A stretch of DNA of 64,000 nucleotides from an uncultured Verrucomicrobiae bacterium (GCA_963837955.1 CAWIPH010000001.1:128001-192000), one strand, 5' to 3'. Positions 10,550 through 21,320 are shown, counted from the stretch's first letter. The notes: generated by a model not told the origin, from the sequence alone. A program made the numbers and translations.

Positions 10550-10586
10550 CCGGTAAGCGGTAAGCGGTGAGTAATAAGCGGTAAGT
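10550..10586. repeat. Heptamer tandem array (GCGGTAA)n
   Basis: cggtaa gcggtaa gcggtga gtaataa gcggtaa, between valS and pgi. Confidence 0.6.
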
Positions 10587-10601
10587 GCGGGGCAAGCTTC
10601 G

Positions 10602-13190
10602 CTAAAGCCCAGCCACCCGTTCCTGCAGCTGCGCAAGGCGGTTGCTGAAGTCTCGTTCGCGTTCTCGATGCTCTTCCACCACGGCGGCCGGCGCACGATC
10701 GACGAAATTTGTGTTAGCTAGCTTTTTCCGAACAGTGTCCAACTCGGACTCCAGTTTTGCGATCTCCTTGGTCAACCGCTCTTTCTCGGCTCGCAGATCC
10801 ACTAATCCTTCTAACGGAAGAAAGACCTGTCCGAGCGGCGTCAACACCACCGGCACTCCCCGGGGTGCCTCATAGGCCGCATCCACTTGAAGTGGCTCAG
10901 CACCAGCTAGATTCGCAAAAACCGTGAAATCCCCTTCGATCACCGGGCGTAAGATCATCTTCACCTTTTTGTTCGAAGGAATACGGTATTCCGCTCGAAG
11001 GTTTCGCGCCTGCGAGGTTGCTCGGTACACCATGTCCGCAAAATCCGATTGGGCGGAGTCCAAATCGAGTTCCGTTCGAAGGTCCTCTAGCCCAGCAGAT
11101 TGGATGCTACCAGTACCGTATTCCATTCGGTGCCATAGTTCTTCGGTGATGTGCGGCATAAATGGATGGAGTAACCGGAGCACCGCGGAAAGCACGTGAT
11201 CCATTACCCAGAGACATCCAGCTTTGACTTCGAGATTTTCGCTCTGGAGTTCGGTCTTTGCCGCCTCGAGGTACGAGTCGCAGAAATCGCTCCAGAAAAA
11301 TTCGTAGATCGTCTGGGCAACCTCCGTGAAGAGATACTCCTGGTAGCCGCGTTCTATTCGATCAACAGCGGCATTTAATAACGCGAGAATGCGTGTTGAA
11401 TACGGGGAAAGCGGCAAAACTGGCCTGGCGCCGGCACGCGGACCTTGTAATTGGCGAAAACGAAAAGCATTCCATAGCTTGTTAGCAAAGTTACGCCCCT
11501 CCTCGATCTGCTTTTCATCGAATCGGATATCTTGACCGAGAGGCGCCGTGCGCATTAAGCCAAACCGTAAGCCGTCCGCTCCATATTTTGCGATCAGATC
11601 GAGTGGATCAGGCGAGTTACCCAGACTCTTCGACATTTTTCGGCCCTGGGCATCGCGAACGAGTCCGGTGAAATAAACGTTACCGAACGGCTTCTGGCCC
11701 TGGTACTCGAATCCGGCCATGATCATGCGCGCCACCCAGAAAAATATGATGTCCGGACCGGTCACGAGGTCGGTCGTCGGGTAAAACTTGCGTCGGACCG
11801 CCGGCTCCATCGTGATGAAGGACCAAAGCCAGGAAGAAAACCAGGTATCAAGAACATCGGGATCCTGCTCCCAGTTTTCTGGATCGGGCGGCGGGGTCGT
11901 AGCGACATGTAAACGGGAACGATCTTCCTTGTGATACCAGACCGGAATACGATGCCCCCACCACAGTTGGCGGCTGATACACCAGTCCTGGATATTCTCT
12001 ATCCAGTTCGAGAAGGTTTTCACCCAGCGTTCTGGGCGGAACTGAATCTCGCCACTTTGGACAGCTTCGAGAGTCCGTTGCACGTGCGGGTATTTGAGAA
12101 ACCACTGCTCGCTCAGCCTCGGCTCGATTGGCACTTGAGCTCGCTGACCATAGCCAACATTGTGTTGATACGCTTCCTCGCGAAGCAATAAGCCCATTTG
12201 TCGCAATTTTTCGACCGAAAGCTTGCGCACTTCAAATCGATCTCGACCTGCAAACTCTTCGCCAGCCAGCGCATTTAAAGTGCCGTCCGGATTGAGGACA
12301 TCGAGGATCTGCAGCCCGTGCCGTTGCCCGATCTCATAGTCGACTTTGTCATGAGCTGGAGTGACCTTGAGAACTCCGGTTCCAAATTCCGGATCGATCG
12401 CATCATCTCCAATGATCGGGATCTGCGCCCGGGGAAAAGGCCGCCAACAATGTTGGCCGATCAAGTGAGCATAGCGTTGATCTCGCGGATTCACGGCAAC
12501 CGCGGTGTCACCCATCAGCGTTTCGGGACGGGTCGTTGCGATCTCCAGATAAGTTCCCGGTAGCTCCACAATTTCATAGCGCATTATATAAAGCGTCCCG
12601 GCTGTTGGAACCGGCTCAACTTCCTCGTCCGAGAGAGCCGTGCCGGAAGCCGGACACCAGTTCACCATCCGCTTCCCCCGATAAATGAGGCCCTTGTTAA
12701 ACAAGTCTACAAAAACGGTGTTCACCGCACGCGAATAGTCGTCGTCCATGGTGAATCGCTCTCGTGACCAATCACACGAACATCCTAATCGCTTCAGCTG
12801 GTTGATGATGATGCCGCCATGTTTCTCTTTCCATTCCCAAACCCGCTCCACGAAAGCGTCTCGCCCTAGATCGTAGCGAGTCTTGCCTTCCTTTCTGAGC
12901 TGCCTTTCCACGACTGTCTGGGTAGCAATGCCGGCATGATCCATCCCCGGTAACCAAAGGACCTCTTGGCCTAACATCCGAGCGCGGCGAGCCAGAATAT
13001 CTTGGATCGTGTTATTCAACACGTGACCGAGCGTGAGCACACCAGTCACATTCGGTGGAGGCATTACGATGGAATAGGGTGGCTTCGTTGACTCCGCCCG
13101 GGCATGAAAAACCTTTTCCCGGAGCCAAGTGTCGTACCACTTGGCTTCGACAGATGCAGGTGAATAGGCCGTCGAAATCTCGGCTGTCAT
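10602..13190 (-). CDS. valS: Valine--tRNA ligase
   Basis: PPPNVTGVLTLGH (HIGH-like), DWCISRQLWWGH, KMSKS and a C-terminal coiled coil. Start set at ATG 13190 (MTAEIS). Confidence 0.97.
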   Translation of the reverse strand: MTAEISTAYSPASVEAKWYDTWLREKVFHARAESTKPPYSIVMPPPNVTGVLTLGHVLNNTIQDILARRARMLGQEVLWLPGMDHAGIATQTVVERQLRKEGKTRYDLGRDAFVERVWEWKEKHGGIIINQLKRLGCSCDWSRERFTMDDDYSRAVNTVFVDLFNKGLIYRGKRMVNWCPASGTALSDEEVEPVPTAGTLYIMRYEIVELPGTYLEIATTRPETLMGDTAVAVNPRDQRYAHLIGQHCWRPFPRAQIPIIGDDAIDPEFGTGVLKVTPAHDKVDYEIGQRHGLQILDVLNPDGTLNALAGEEFAGRDRFEVRKLSVEKLRQMGLLLREEAYQHNVGYGQRAQVPIEPRLSEQWFLKYPHVQRTLEAVQSGEIQFRPERWVKTFSNWIENIQDWCISRQLWWGHRIPVWYHKEDRSRLHVATTPPPDPENWEQDPDVLDTWFSSWLWSFITMEPAVRRKFYPTTDLVTGPDIIFFWVARMIMAGFEYQGQKPFGNVYFTGLVRDAQGRKMSKSLGNSPDPLDLIAKYGADGLRFGLMRTAPLGQDIRFDEKQIEEGRNFANKLWNAFRFRQLQGPRAGARPVLPLSPYSTRILALLNAAVDRIERGYQEYLFTEVAQTIYEFFWSDFCDSYLEAAKTELQSENLEVKAGCLWVMDHVLSAVLRLLHPFMPHITEELWHRMEYGTGSIQSAGLEDLRTELDLDSAQSDFADMVYRATSQARNLRAEYRIPSNKKVKMILRPVIEGDFTVFANLAGAEPLQVDAAYEAPRGVPVVLTPLGQVFLPLEGLVDLRAEKERLTKEIAKLESELDTVRKKLANTNFVDRAPAAVVEEHRERERDFSNRLAQLQERVAGL

Positions 13191-13234
13191 GGGAAGCGGA
13201 ATCTGCTGCGTAGCTTCGGCTTCTGCAACTAGGG

Positions 13235-13429
13235 AGTTAGAGGGCCGGCAGGGTGCTCTTCTGGCGTCCGTTTTACCGGGCAACAGGATCAAGGCGGAGC
13301 CCCAGGAGCAACCTTTTCGGAGGGAAGCTGCCGCCTCCCAGGTATAACCCACGACAAGACCGCTGTGGCAGATCTGTTCGGTATCGCAACCCTTGTCGGT
13401 GGGAACGGATTAGCAGCCAACCCTCAACT
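13235..13429 (-). ncRNA. Candidate structured RNA (~195 nt), possibly a 6S-like RNA
   Basis: Ends pair over a long range (AGUUGAGGGUUGGC / GCCGGCCCUCUAACU), with an inner UCCGUU/AACGGA helix and two internal hairpins. Mismatches resolve as G-U on the minus strand. Confidence 0.5.
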
Positions 13430-13446
13430 GCAAATTGCCAAACCGC

Positions 13447-14037
13447 CTAGTCGATAGGCGTGAGAAAATGATCCCAGTCCCGGACATTATGTGCGTTTCG
13501 GATGAAGTAGGTAACCGGCAATTCTCGGGGCGGTCGTGGTTTCTTTTGCAGTTCCAAACCGACCTCTTCCGGTAGCCGATTGCCTTTAAGACTGTTCACC
13601 CGCTTGTCGGCCAAAACGCAGTTTTCCCAGCTTGTCTGTCCCCCGCGCGACCGCGGCACCACGTGATCGATGTTGCCTTCGGCTGGCACCAACTTCTTGC
13701 CAGTGTACTGGCATCGTCCTCCATCCCGTTCCCAAATACCTTTGGTGGAAAGCTTAGGACGACGCTTCGGCACTTTGTTGTAACGCGCCAACACGAGCAC
13801 GGTCGGAATTCTGACGAGCCCACGAACGGTCCGGACCGAGTTATCATCCTCACGAACAGCCAACTCTAGCCATTCGTTCCATCGGACTGGGCGCATATCG
13901 CCAATGCCTTGAATATCGAGGCCGGTGGCGTTGCCATTTGCCATCATGCAATATGCTTGAGCAGGCGTCTTGACATCAATCGCCTGCCAGTTCCGGTTTA
14001 AAACCAGAACCGTCGCTTTATACAGCGCGTCGTTCAT
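13447..14037 (-). CDS. HNH endonuclease
   Basis: VLVLNRNWQAI N-terminus, RDGGRCQYTG, NIDHVVPRSRGG..SWENCV...NSLKGN. Confidence 0.9.
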   Translation of the reverse strand: MNDALYKATVLVLNRNWQAIDVKTPAQAYCMMANGNATGLDIQGIGDMRPVRWNEWLELAVREDDNSVRTVRGLVRIPTVLVLARYNKVPKRRPKLSTKGIWERDGGRCQYTGKKLVPAEGNIDHVVPRSRGGQTSWENCVLADKRVNSLKGNRLPEEVGLELQKKPRPPRELPVTYFIRNAHNVRDWDHFLTPID

Positions 14038-14304
14038 GTGTTCATCCCGTTCGCGTGGATTTATGCTTCAAAACCTGACGATTGTCCAGTCAACCGATCG
14101 GTCGGGTAGTAGGCGGTTACCAACGAGCCTTTAGATTGATTTAAGAGCACGGTAGCAGTCCTGTGGTCGCACATGCGCGTCAATAACAAGGTCTAGGAGT
14201 ATACGGAGAGGACTGATTTTCTCTATCGCTCTTCCGGCCAGCAGAACCAGTATTGGGACAGCCGCCGCTACCGGTGATGAGCAAAGTGTGTACTTTAACC
14301 TCCA

Positions 14305-15075
14305 ATGATTTGCAAAGTGGATTACCACACTCATCCACAGGCCCATACACTGAGGCCCTATACAGTCGACTTGCTTCAGCCTTGGATCGATCGATGCCGG
14401 GAGCGCGGGATCGAGGGTATCGCTTTCACCGATCATGATCGATACTGTGATGGGGTGGTTTTCGAGGTGATCGATCGCCTCCGAGAGAAAAATCCGAACG
14501 TCAATATTTTGATCGGGATCGAACTGGATAACGACCCGGTGACTTCCAAACATGGCCTAAGCTGGGTAGAGAAAAACTGGGATCGACTGGATCTCGTTCT
14601 GGGTTCAGTGCATTACTTTTCCGGCGAGAAGCAGATGTTTGACGGCAGTGATCAAGGCACCCAGATAGACCGACGAGGCGCGGAGAGGGCCTTTTCCGAA
14701 TACATTGAACAAGTCACTTCCCTCGTTCGACGGGGACACGTCGATTGTCTCTCTCACCTGGACCTGATAAAAATCCATGGGCTTTCCCCCAAAAGCTATG
14801 ATCCGATCGCAACCTTCGAACCGTTACTGGAACTGATCCGGCAGAGCGACCTAGCTATCGAAATTAACACCGCGGGCTGGCGTAAGAAGGTCGGCGAGCA
14901 ATATCCGAACGTCGCAATTCTCAGACGGGCGGTCGCACTGCAAATCCCAATCACCATTTCGTCTGATGCCCACTCTTACGCGCAAGTCGCCGAGGACTAT
15001 GAGCGTCTCGAGGCGTTGCTTCAAGCGGAGGGCATCGACCAGATAACCCGATTTTCGCGACACCAGCGGAGGTAA
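14305..15075 (+). CDS. PHP-family histidinol-phosphatase (HisJ/HisK type)
   Basis: DYHTH, FTDH, GSVH, SHLD, EINTAG and SSDAH motifs. Confidence 0.85.
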   Translation: MICKVDYHTHPQAHTLRPYTVDLLQPWIDRCRERGIEGIAFTDHDRYCDGVVFEVIDRLREKNPNVNILIGIELDNDPVTSKHGLSWVEKNWDRLDLVLGSVHYFSGEKQMFDGSDQGTQIDRRGAERAFSEYIEQVTSLVRRGHVDCLSHLDLIKIHGLSPKSYDPIATFEPLLELIRQSDLAIEINTAGWRKKVGEQYPNVAILRRAVALQIPITISSDAHSYAQVAEDYERLEALLQAEGIDQITRFSRHQRR

Positions 15076-15189
15076 TGACAGAGACAATCCCGGCTTGTCC
15101 GCCGTAGCCAGGAGGGCGGAGGAGGAAGGGATTCGATGAAAGTAGCCCAGCAATTTATTGCTGACTTGGAAATTGGCCGCTCCCGATTG

Positions 15190-16050
15190 TCACTCGTTCA
15201 TTACCAAAGTCACGCCTTGGACAACGCGTTTCTCCAAGCGATCGATTTTAAGGGACAGCTCTCTTCCCGCTGTTTGGAGGAAGGGATTTGACTCGTCTGT
15301 CAGCGCAACATCCAGGCGACCCGCCTCGTCCGTTCGGTTGAGCAAATTCAGCTCTTTGAGCAACTGGACGACAGCAATCGCGCAGTTTTCAGCCGAATCC
15401 ACCAACCTAATACCCTCTCCGGCAATCTCGGAGATCAACGGGGCCAAAAGCGGATAATGAGTGCAGCCCAACACCAAAGTGTCCACGCCTTCGATCAGTA
15501 ATGGATCGAGGTAGAGATGGACAATCTCTTCTGCCACAGTACCGCGAAACATGCCTTCCTCTATCACCGGAACCAATAAGGGACACGGTTGGCTGATGAC
15601 TGTGGCGTCCGGGCGCAACGCGTGAATCGCCTGTTCGTATGCACCGCTCGTCATTGTGGCTCGGGTTCCGATCACGCCGATTCTCCCGGATTCTGTACTC
15701 TTAACCGCGGCTCGCGCGCCTGGCACAATGACCCCTATCACTGGGATGCGTAGCACGCTTTGCAATCGCGGCAGTGCCAGGGCGGAAGCTGTATTACACG
15801 CGACCACAATGATCTTGGCACGCTCGGAAAGGAGGAGGCCGGCAATTTCGAGGCTGTACCTCTCGATCGTTGCCTGATTTTTTCCGCCGTAAGGTAAACG
15901 TGCGGTATCGCCAAGATAAAAGATGTCTTCGGCAGGCAAGGCCTTCCGAAGCGCTTGAACCACGGTCAAACCACCGATCCCGGAATCAAAGACGCCGACC
16001 GGTTGCGTCGCAACGTCACCTATGGAGTTCCTTGGGAAGAGAATAGACAT
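15190..16050 (-). CDS. murI: Glutamate racemase
   Basis: VFDSGIGGLTV, PYGGK, VACNTAS, LGCTHYP. Confidence 0.96.
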   Translation of the reverse strand: MSILFPRNSIGDVATQPVGVFDSGIGGLTVVQALRKALPAEDIFYLGDTARLPYGGKNQATIERYSLEIAGLLLSERAKIIVVACNTASALALPRLQSVLRIPVIGVIVPGARAAVKSTESGRIGVIGTRATMTSGAYEQAIHALRPDATVISQPCPLLVPVIEEGMFRGTVAEEIVHLYLDPLLIEGVDTLVLGCTHYPLLAPLISEIAGEGIRLVDSAENCAIAVVQLLKELNLLNRTDEAGRLDVALTDESNPFLQTAGRELSLKIDRLEKRVVQGVTLVMNE

Positions 16051-17110
16051 TTGATTTCAACGGATCCCATACCGAATCCCCGGTACCGATGCTGCTTGGT
16101 GCATGTTCTTGTTCAGCCACTTGACCGCTCGCGCCGGGCGTACTGCGTTCGACCGCTCGATTGTACGCCAGCACACCTTGAAAAATCGCCTGCGCCATCA
16201 TCTGTCGATATGCCGGCGCCGCAATCCTCACAGCATCGCGCGGATTATTCAAGAATCCTCCCTCGATCAAGACTCCGGGATTCGCATCGTTTTTCAGAAC
16301 AACGAACCGCGCTCGTTTAATTCCCCGATCCGGAACTCCGAGCCGGGTGATCAACGAGGCGTGCATAGCGGTGGCCAGCGCGATGTTTTCAGGATCCCGG
16401 ATGTTGCCGAGACACGGTTGAAAATCGGCCAGAGTGAGCATTGGATCGTTGGTGGACGGCACCCCTTGCGGGGCTAAGCAATAGGTTTCAATTCCTTCTG
16501 CATCACCCCAGCCGCCCGAATTGAAATGGACGCTGATGAACAGCGCATTCGATTGATGGCTGGCAAACATAGCCCGGGTTTCCAACGGGATGAAGACATC
16601 GGCGGATCGAGTTAACCGAACCGTGAAACCAGCCCTCTGAAGTAATTCCCGCTCTCGTAAAATCACATCGAGGGCGAAATCCTTCTCGTTGCCCAGTGCG
16701 CTCCTGGCACCATGGTCAAACCCGCCGTGCCCGGCATCAAGGATAACAGTTCTGACCGGTGCGGTCTGCATCTTAGCTGGACGCAACACCGGCTCGACCA
16801 GCTTCGCCAAATCCATGCGCGAGATGTAGAACATCGTCCCTGCCTGAATGACCGGAAAATTCAGGATGAACTTAAGGCCGTTCATATACAATTCGCGCGA
16901 GTTGGCTCCGCTCTGGATGCGCAAGGTCGCCCCCGATAACGATACTCGCTCGTTAGAAAAATCGGTCTGGGTGAAATTATAAAAGCGGGCTACGTCTGTG
17001 AAAGGAATGTAATCCCGCCCGCCCTCCTTGATGAGAGTCCATTCGAAGGCTCCCACCTGGATGACGCCAGCGAAAAACAAAACCGCCTGAGCCACAAACC
17101 AACCCCTCAT
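16016..17110 (-). CDS. N-acetylmuramoyl-L-alanine amidase (Amidase_3)
   Basis: LDAGHGG, EKDFAL, FISVHFNS, VLIEGGFL. Start set at ATG 17110, before a signal-like segment. Confidence 0.9.
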   Translation of the reverse strand: MRGWFVAQAVLFFAGVIQVGAFEWTLIKEGGRDYIPFTDVARFYNFTQTDFSNERVSLSGATLRIQSGANSRELYMNGLKFILNFPVIQAGTMFYISRMDLAKLVEPVLRPAKMQTAPVRTVILDAGHGGFDHGARSALGNEKDFALDVILRERELLQRAGFTVRLTRSADVFIPLETRAMFASHQSNALFISVHFNSGGWGDAEGIETYCLAPQGVPSTNDPMLTLADFQPCLGNIRDPENIALATAMHASLITRLGVPDRGIKRARFVVLKNDANPGVLIEGGFLNNPRDAVRIAAPAYRQMMAQAIFQGVLAYNRAVERSTPGASGQVAEQEHAPSSIGTGDSVWDPLKSNVYSLPKELHR

Positions 17111-17285
17111 GACGAAGGCAGGATGGTGCTCGCCATTTCTGAGATCAAGCGAGAAAACAGAACCTTGTTTCTTGTGAGAGGACTTGACCCGCGGGGACAC
17201 AACGAGAGTAGCCACTTCCGCAAACGGGCCCGCTTTCATTGCATTTCATCGCGCCCGTGGGGGATGACTGCCTGGAAGAAGCGGC

Positions 17286-18047
17286 TCAGTTTTCTGCGCC
17301 CTGCAACTCGTAGGCCAGCACACTTAGGCTATAAATCGCTGCTGTCTCAGTCCGGAGCACGATCGGCCCAAGCGATACCGGGAGGCATCCAGCGGTTTTC
17401 GCTAGCGCCGATTCTGCGGGGGTGAAATCGCCCTCCGGACCAATCAGCATAAGAGTGCTGGTTGGCCGGCGGCCATGCTGTTCGCGAAAATCAAGCAACA
17501 CCTGCTTAAAACTGCGCGCATCCGTTTGCAGTGAGGCAATGAGCGGCGCTTCATACCGATCGAACTCCGAGAAAAATCTCTTGAGCGAAACCGGCGGATC
17601 CAGTGTCGGCAGCCAATTCTGTCCGCATTGTTTCGCCGCTTCAATGACGACTTGCCGCCATTTCTCGATACGCTTTCCGTCTTCGCCCTCCAACAGGTGC
17701 ATCACGGTCCTTTCCGAAAGCAACGGGACAATTCGGGTTACGCCAAGCTCCGTCGCTTTCTGAACGATAAGTTCCATGTTCTTCCCCTTGGGAATCGCCT
17801 GGGCGAGCGTAATCGCACATCGGAGCGGTTCACTCTGGGTAACCTGGATCACTGATAATCGAGTTTCAGACGCCTGGAAGACTTCGATCTCGGCGATCGC
17901 TTCCGCGCCTTCTCCGTTGAATACAACTACTCGAGATCCCGCAGTCAGACGGAGAACATCTCGGCAATGATGCGTCTCGCCTTCGTCTAACGTCAGCTGA
18001 TCAAGAGACCAACGCTCGACGGGTGTGTAAAATCTATGAACGCTCAC
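17286..18047 (-). CDS. rsmE: 16S rRNA m3U1498 methyltransferase
   Basis: HCRDVLRL, QKATELGV, EAAKQCG, IGPEGDFT, LGPIVLRTETA. Confidence 0.95.
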   Translation of the reverse strand: MSVHRFYTPVERWSLDQLTLDEGETHHCRDVLRLTAGSRVVVFNGEGAEAIAEIEVFQASETRLSVIQVTQSEPLRCAITLAQAIPKGKNMELIVQKATELGVTRIVPLLSERTVMHLLEGEDGKRIEKWRQVVIEAAKQCGQNWLPTLDPPVSLKRFFSEFDRYEAPLIASLQTDARSFKQVLLDFREQHGRRPTSTLMLIGPEGDFTPAESALAKTAGCLPVSLGPIVLRTETAAIYSLSVLAYELQGAEN

Positions 18048-18052
18048 CGGCC

Positions 18053-19219
18053 CTAGCGAAAGAAGGCTTTAGCTTGTTCGATAAATTTCTTATGCATCGG
18101 ACTGTTATCGTCGCCGCATGATTCAGCGAACTCTTCCAGCTTTCGCCGTTGCTCCGAATTCAGCCGCGTCGGCACTTCGACTAGAACTCGTACCCGCAAG
18201 TCTCCCTTGGCTTTGGTGTCGATGTTAATAACGCCGTGGCCGCGAAGACGAAACTGCGTATTGCTTTGCGTGCCGGCCGGAATCTTCAGGGTAGCCTTTC
18301 CTTGCAAGGTAGGAACGGTAATCTCGCCGCCTAGAGCTGCCGCTGCAAAAGAGAGCGGTACTTCGCAATAGAGGTCGTCTTCTTCGCGTGCAAAAATCTC
18401 ATGCTCTCGAACATGGATGACGACGTAAAGATCTCCAGGAGGACCTCCGCGTACTCCGGCCTCGCCATTTCGAGAAGAACGCAAGCGGGCTCCGTTATCA
18501 ATTCCAGCCGGAATCTTCAACTTGATCCGCGAGCGCTTCTCCACCCGCCCATCACCACCGCAGTCCCGACAGGGACGCTCGATGACCTGCCCGGTCCCGC
18601 GACAGCGTGGACAGGTCTGCGAGACCTGGAAAAATCCGCGGGCCGTGATTACTTGCCCGCGACCTTGACAGGTGGGGCAGGTCATTGCTTTTGAGCCGGC
18701 CTCCGCACCGCTCCCGTTGCAGCGCGCACAAGTATCATGTTTAAGCAGTTCGATCTCTTTCTCTGTACCGAACGCGGCTTCCTCCAAAGTTATCTGGAGA
18801 TCGTATCGCAGATCGGAACCGCGCTGACGGCCACCGCGATCTCGCGTCTGGGTACCAGCACCAAAAATCTGATCGAAGATTCCGCCGCCACCTCCCTCCG
18901 AGCCCATACCGAAAACCTCGCGGAAAATATCGAATGGATCGTGGAACCCGCCCCCGAAACCACCACGCGGAGCACCGGCACCGGTGCCGCCCGCAAAAGC
19001 GGCATGCCCATATCGATCGTAAGCAGCCCGCTTGTCCGCATCCATCAGAACGTCATAGGCCTCGCCAATTTCCTTAAACTTTTCCTCGGCATGCGGATCT
19101 CCGGGATTTTTGTCGGGATGAAATTTGACCGCTAGTTTGCGATACGCCTTCTTTACCTCTTCGTCCGAGGCTCTGCGATCAACCCCAAGAACTTCGTAAT
19201 AATCCCTCTTTGCGGACAT
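18053..19219 (-). CDS. dnaJ: Chaperone DnaJ
   Basis: J-domain HPD, G/F-rich linker and four CxxCxGxG repeats. Confidence 0.97.
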   Translation of the reverse strand: MSAKRDYYEVLGVDRRASDEEVKKAYRKLAVKFHPDKNPGDPHAEEKFKEIGEAYDVLMDADKRAAYDRYGHAAFAGGTGAGAPRGGFGGGFHDPFDIFREVFGMGSEGGGGGIFDQIFGAGTQTRDRGGRQRGSDLRYDLQITLEEAAFGTEKEIELLKHDTCARCNGSGAEAGSKAMTCPTCQGRGQVITARGFFQVSQTCPRCRGTGQVIERPCRDCGGDGRVEKRSRIKLKIPAGIDNGARLRSSRNGEAGVRGGPPGDLYVVIHVREHEIFAREEDDLYCEVPLSFAAAALGGEITVPTLQGKATLKIPAGTQSNTQFRLRGHGVINIDTKAKGDLRVRVLVEVPTRLNSEQRRKLEEFAESCGDDNSPMHKKFIEQAKAFFR

Positions 19220-19221
19220 GT

Positions 19222-19878
19222 TTAGCTCTCCGTCAATCTGGTAGACACCGTAAACGGCGCCCCTTTGGACACAACAACATTAGCCGGTCGAATCAACCGC
19301 TCCCGAAGCTTATAACCTTTGCGAAGCTGCCGAATAACCACACCCTCCGGCACGTGGTCACTCGCTTCCTGAGCAATCGCCTCATGCAATTGGGGATCGA
19401 ACTGCTGACCGGTAGCATCGATCACTTCGATACCAGCGGAGGATAGAAAGTCCTGAAACTGTTTTTGCACCATCGTCATTCCGTCGAGGATCGAATCGGG
19501 ATTCGACCCGTTGCGAGCGGCTTGCAAGCCGAATTCAAAGTTATCAAGGATCGGAATTAAGCGTTCGAGGAAACCACTATTGGCAAATTTGATCGCTTCT
19601 TCTCGTTCCTTGGTCATCCTTTTTCGATAGTTGTCCAAGTCAGCAGTTGAGCGGAGGGCCAAGTCGCGAAACTTATTCAGTTCCGCCGCGGTTTCGGCCA
19701 ACTGGGTCTGAAGCGCAGCAATTTTACCCTCGCAAACAGCTCCCGGTTTCTGCGATCCACTCTCGTACTCATTCTCGGCAGCCTGCGATTCATCCGCCGA
19801 GGAGTGCGTCGTATGAGAAGCATCGTCAGGCTTCGGCATGTTTTTTTCTCTTCCGAATGGATTAGTTGAATCACTCAT
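19222..19878 (-). CDS. grpE: Nucleotide exchange factor GrpE
   Basis: [34 protein letters not shown]. Confidence 0.95.
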   Translation of the reverse strand: MSDSTNPFGREKNMPKPDDASHTTHSSADESQAAENEYESGSQKPGAVCEGKIAALQTQLAETAAELNKFRDLALRSTADLDNYRKRMTKEREEAIKFANSGFLERLIPILDNFEFGLQAARNGSNPDSILDGMTMVQKQFQDFLSSAGIEVIDATGQQFDPQLHEAIAQEASDHVPEGVVIRQLRKGYKLRERLIRPANVVVSKGAPFTVSTRLTES

Positions 19879-21311
19879 AGTTTACGAATAGCAACGAGGG
19901 TGATGTCGTCGGTCTGGGGTTGATTGCCCACAAAAGCTTTAACACTCTCCGTGACGCGGGTGACAATCGTGGCCGCGCTCTCGCCGACGCCCGCTTGTAT
20001 TACTTCGATCAACCTTCCAATCCCAAATTCTGACCCATTTAAGTCTAACGCTTCGGTCACACCATCTGTGTAGAGGATAAGACAATCCCCTGGGTCGAGG
20101 TGGACCTTAAAATCGACCGTAACCCTATCGAATACGTTTCCGCTGTCAATTCCGAGCGCCATGCCAGGAGGATTCACCTTCGTCACCGACCGATCCGCCG
20201 CGTGAAAAAGAAGGGGCGCGTCATGACCAGCTCGAGCCAGCATCAATGTATCACTAGACTTTTGGATAACCAAATAGGCCATACTGATAAACATATCTTC
20301 TCTGATATCGGGATAGAGCTGGCGGTTAACTTGACGAAGCACACCCGCAGCAGATTCCCCAGTGCGGGCTACTGACCGAAGAACACTGCGACACATGGCC
20401 ATAATCAAAGAGGCAGGAACTCCTTTGCCGGAAACATCAGCAATGACGATCCCCCAGCGATCTTCGTCGATGGGTATATAGTCATAATAATCGCCGCTGA
20501 CATGGCTGGCCGGAATATTGGTTCCGGCAATCTCAAATCCAGGAATTTGCGCGGCGGCCGCCGGCAGGAGAATGCGTTGAATATCGCGCGCAACATCCAG
20601 ATCGCGTTCCATCCGCCGTTTTTCGGCGGCCTCCGAGTAGACCGTTGCGTTATATAACGCAAAGGCCGATTGCTCAACGATGGACTGAAAAACCACGAAA
20701 TCGGGCGGTGAGAAAGGAGTACTCATCGGTCCATTTGCCACGGCCAGTACGCCCAGGTTTTGGCGGGCATAGATGAGAGGTGCAACCATCACCGAGTCGA
20801 TTTGCAGCGCACTCTCTTTCAAATGCACCAAACGCCCATTATCATCGCGACTCGATAGAAATACGGGTTCCCGTTTCTCCCAAACCATGCCGATCAATCC
20901 CTCGTCCGGTTTGACGGTGTGCAGACGCAAAAAACTTTCTAAAACCATCGGGTTTGTCACACTCTGCTGGAGAATTTGCCGCGGAACATCTACGAGCGGC
21001 GGACAACCCTTGGACAGAAAAGCTGGAAGCAACATTTTGCCGGAGCGATCGGCTATATAGAGAGCACCACCGTGCGCATCTAAAATGCGCATTGCGCCCT
21101 CGACCATCAGTCGATACAAGTCCGCGACTCGAATATCTCCGGTGAAGGTTTCTCCCAATCCATGGAGAAAATCAAAAACCCGGCTCTCTTCGAGCTGTAG
21201 TTCTTCGCGGGCCCGCTTAAGGTCCTCGATCATTCTGGTTTGCTTACGCACCAAAAGACCAAAGAAAACGACGGCGACGATTAGCAGTCCTATGAGCAGG
21301 ACACTGAGCAT
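19875..21311 (-). CDS. Membrane-anchored GAF-domain PP2C/SpoIIE (RsbU-like) phosphatase
   Basis: N-terminal TM segment, GAF domain, SGDYYD, IADVSGKG, YTDGVTE, DDIT. Confidence 0.9.
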   Translation of the reverse strand: MLSVLLIGLLIVAVVFFGLLVRKQTRMIEDLKRAREELQLEESRVFDFLHGLGETFTGDIRVADLYRLMVEGAMRILDAHGGALYIADRSGKMLLPAFLSKGCPPLVDVPRQILQQSVTNPMVLESFLRLHTVKPDEGLIGMVWEKREPVFLSSRDDNGRLVHLKESALQIDSVMVAPLIYARQNLGVLAVANGPMSTPFSPPDFVVFQSIVEQSAFALYNATVYSEAAEKRRMERDLDVARDIQRILLPAAAAQIPGFEIAGTNIPASHVSGDYYDYIPIDEDRWGIVIADVSGKGVPASLIMAMCRSVLRSVARTGESAAGVLRQVNRQLYPDIREDMFISMAYLVIQKSSDTLMLARAGHDAPLLFHAADRSVTKVNPPGMALGIDSGNVFDRVTVDFKVHLDPGDCLILYTDGVTEALDLNGSEFGIGRLIEVIQAGVGESAATIVTRVTESVKAFVGNQPQTDDITLVAIRKL

Positions 21312-21320
21312 GGACCAGCG

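Noticed and set aside
13191..13446. T-box riboswitch upstream of valS; also considered SRP RNA and RNase P
   Set aside because: There is no UGGNACC T-box motif or terminator, no exact SRP CAGG-NCC-GNAA-GG-AAGCAGC domain, and no RNase P GAGGAAAGUCC. The 916-aa ORF extension through this region is probably a mis-called start.
15094..15128. Additional repeat family (cttgtccgccgtagcc...), with a possible inverse relative at ~35724-35751
   Set aside because: Similarity is short and degenerate and cannot be supported from two partial copies.
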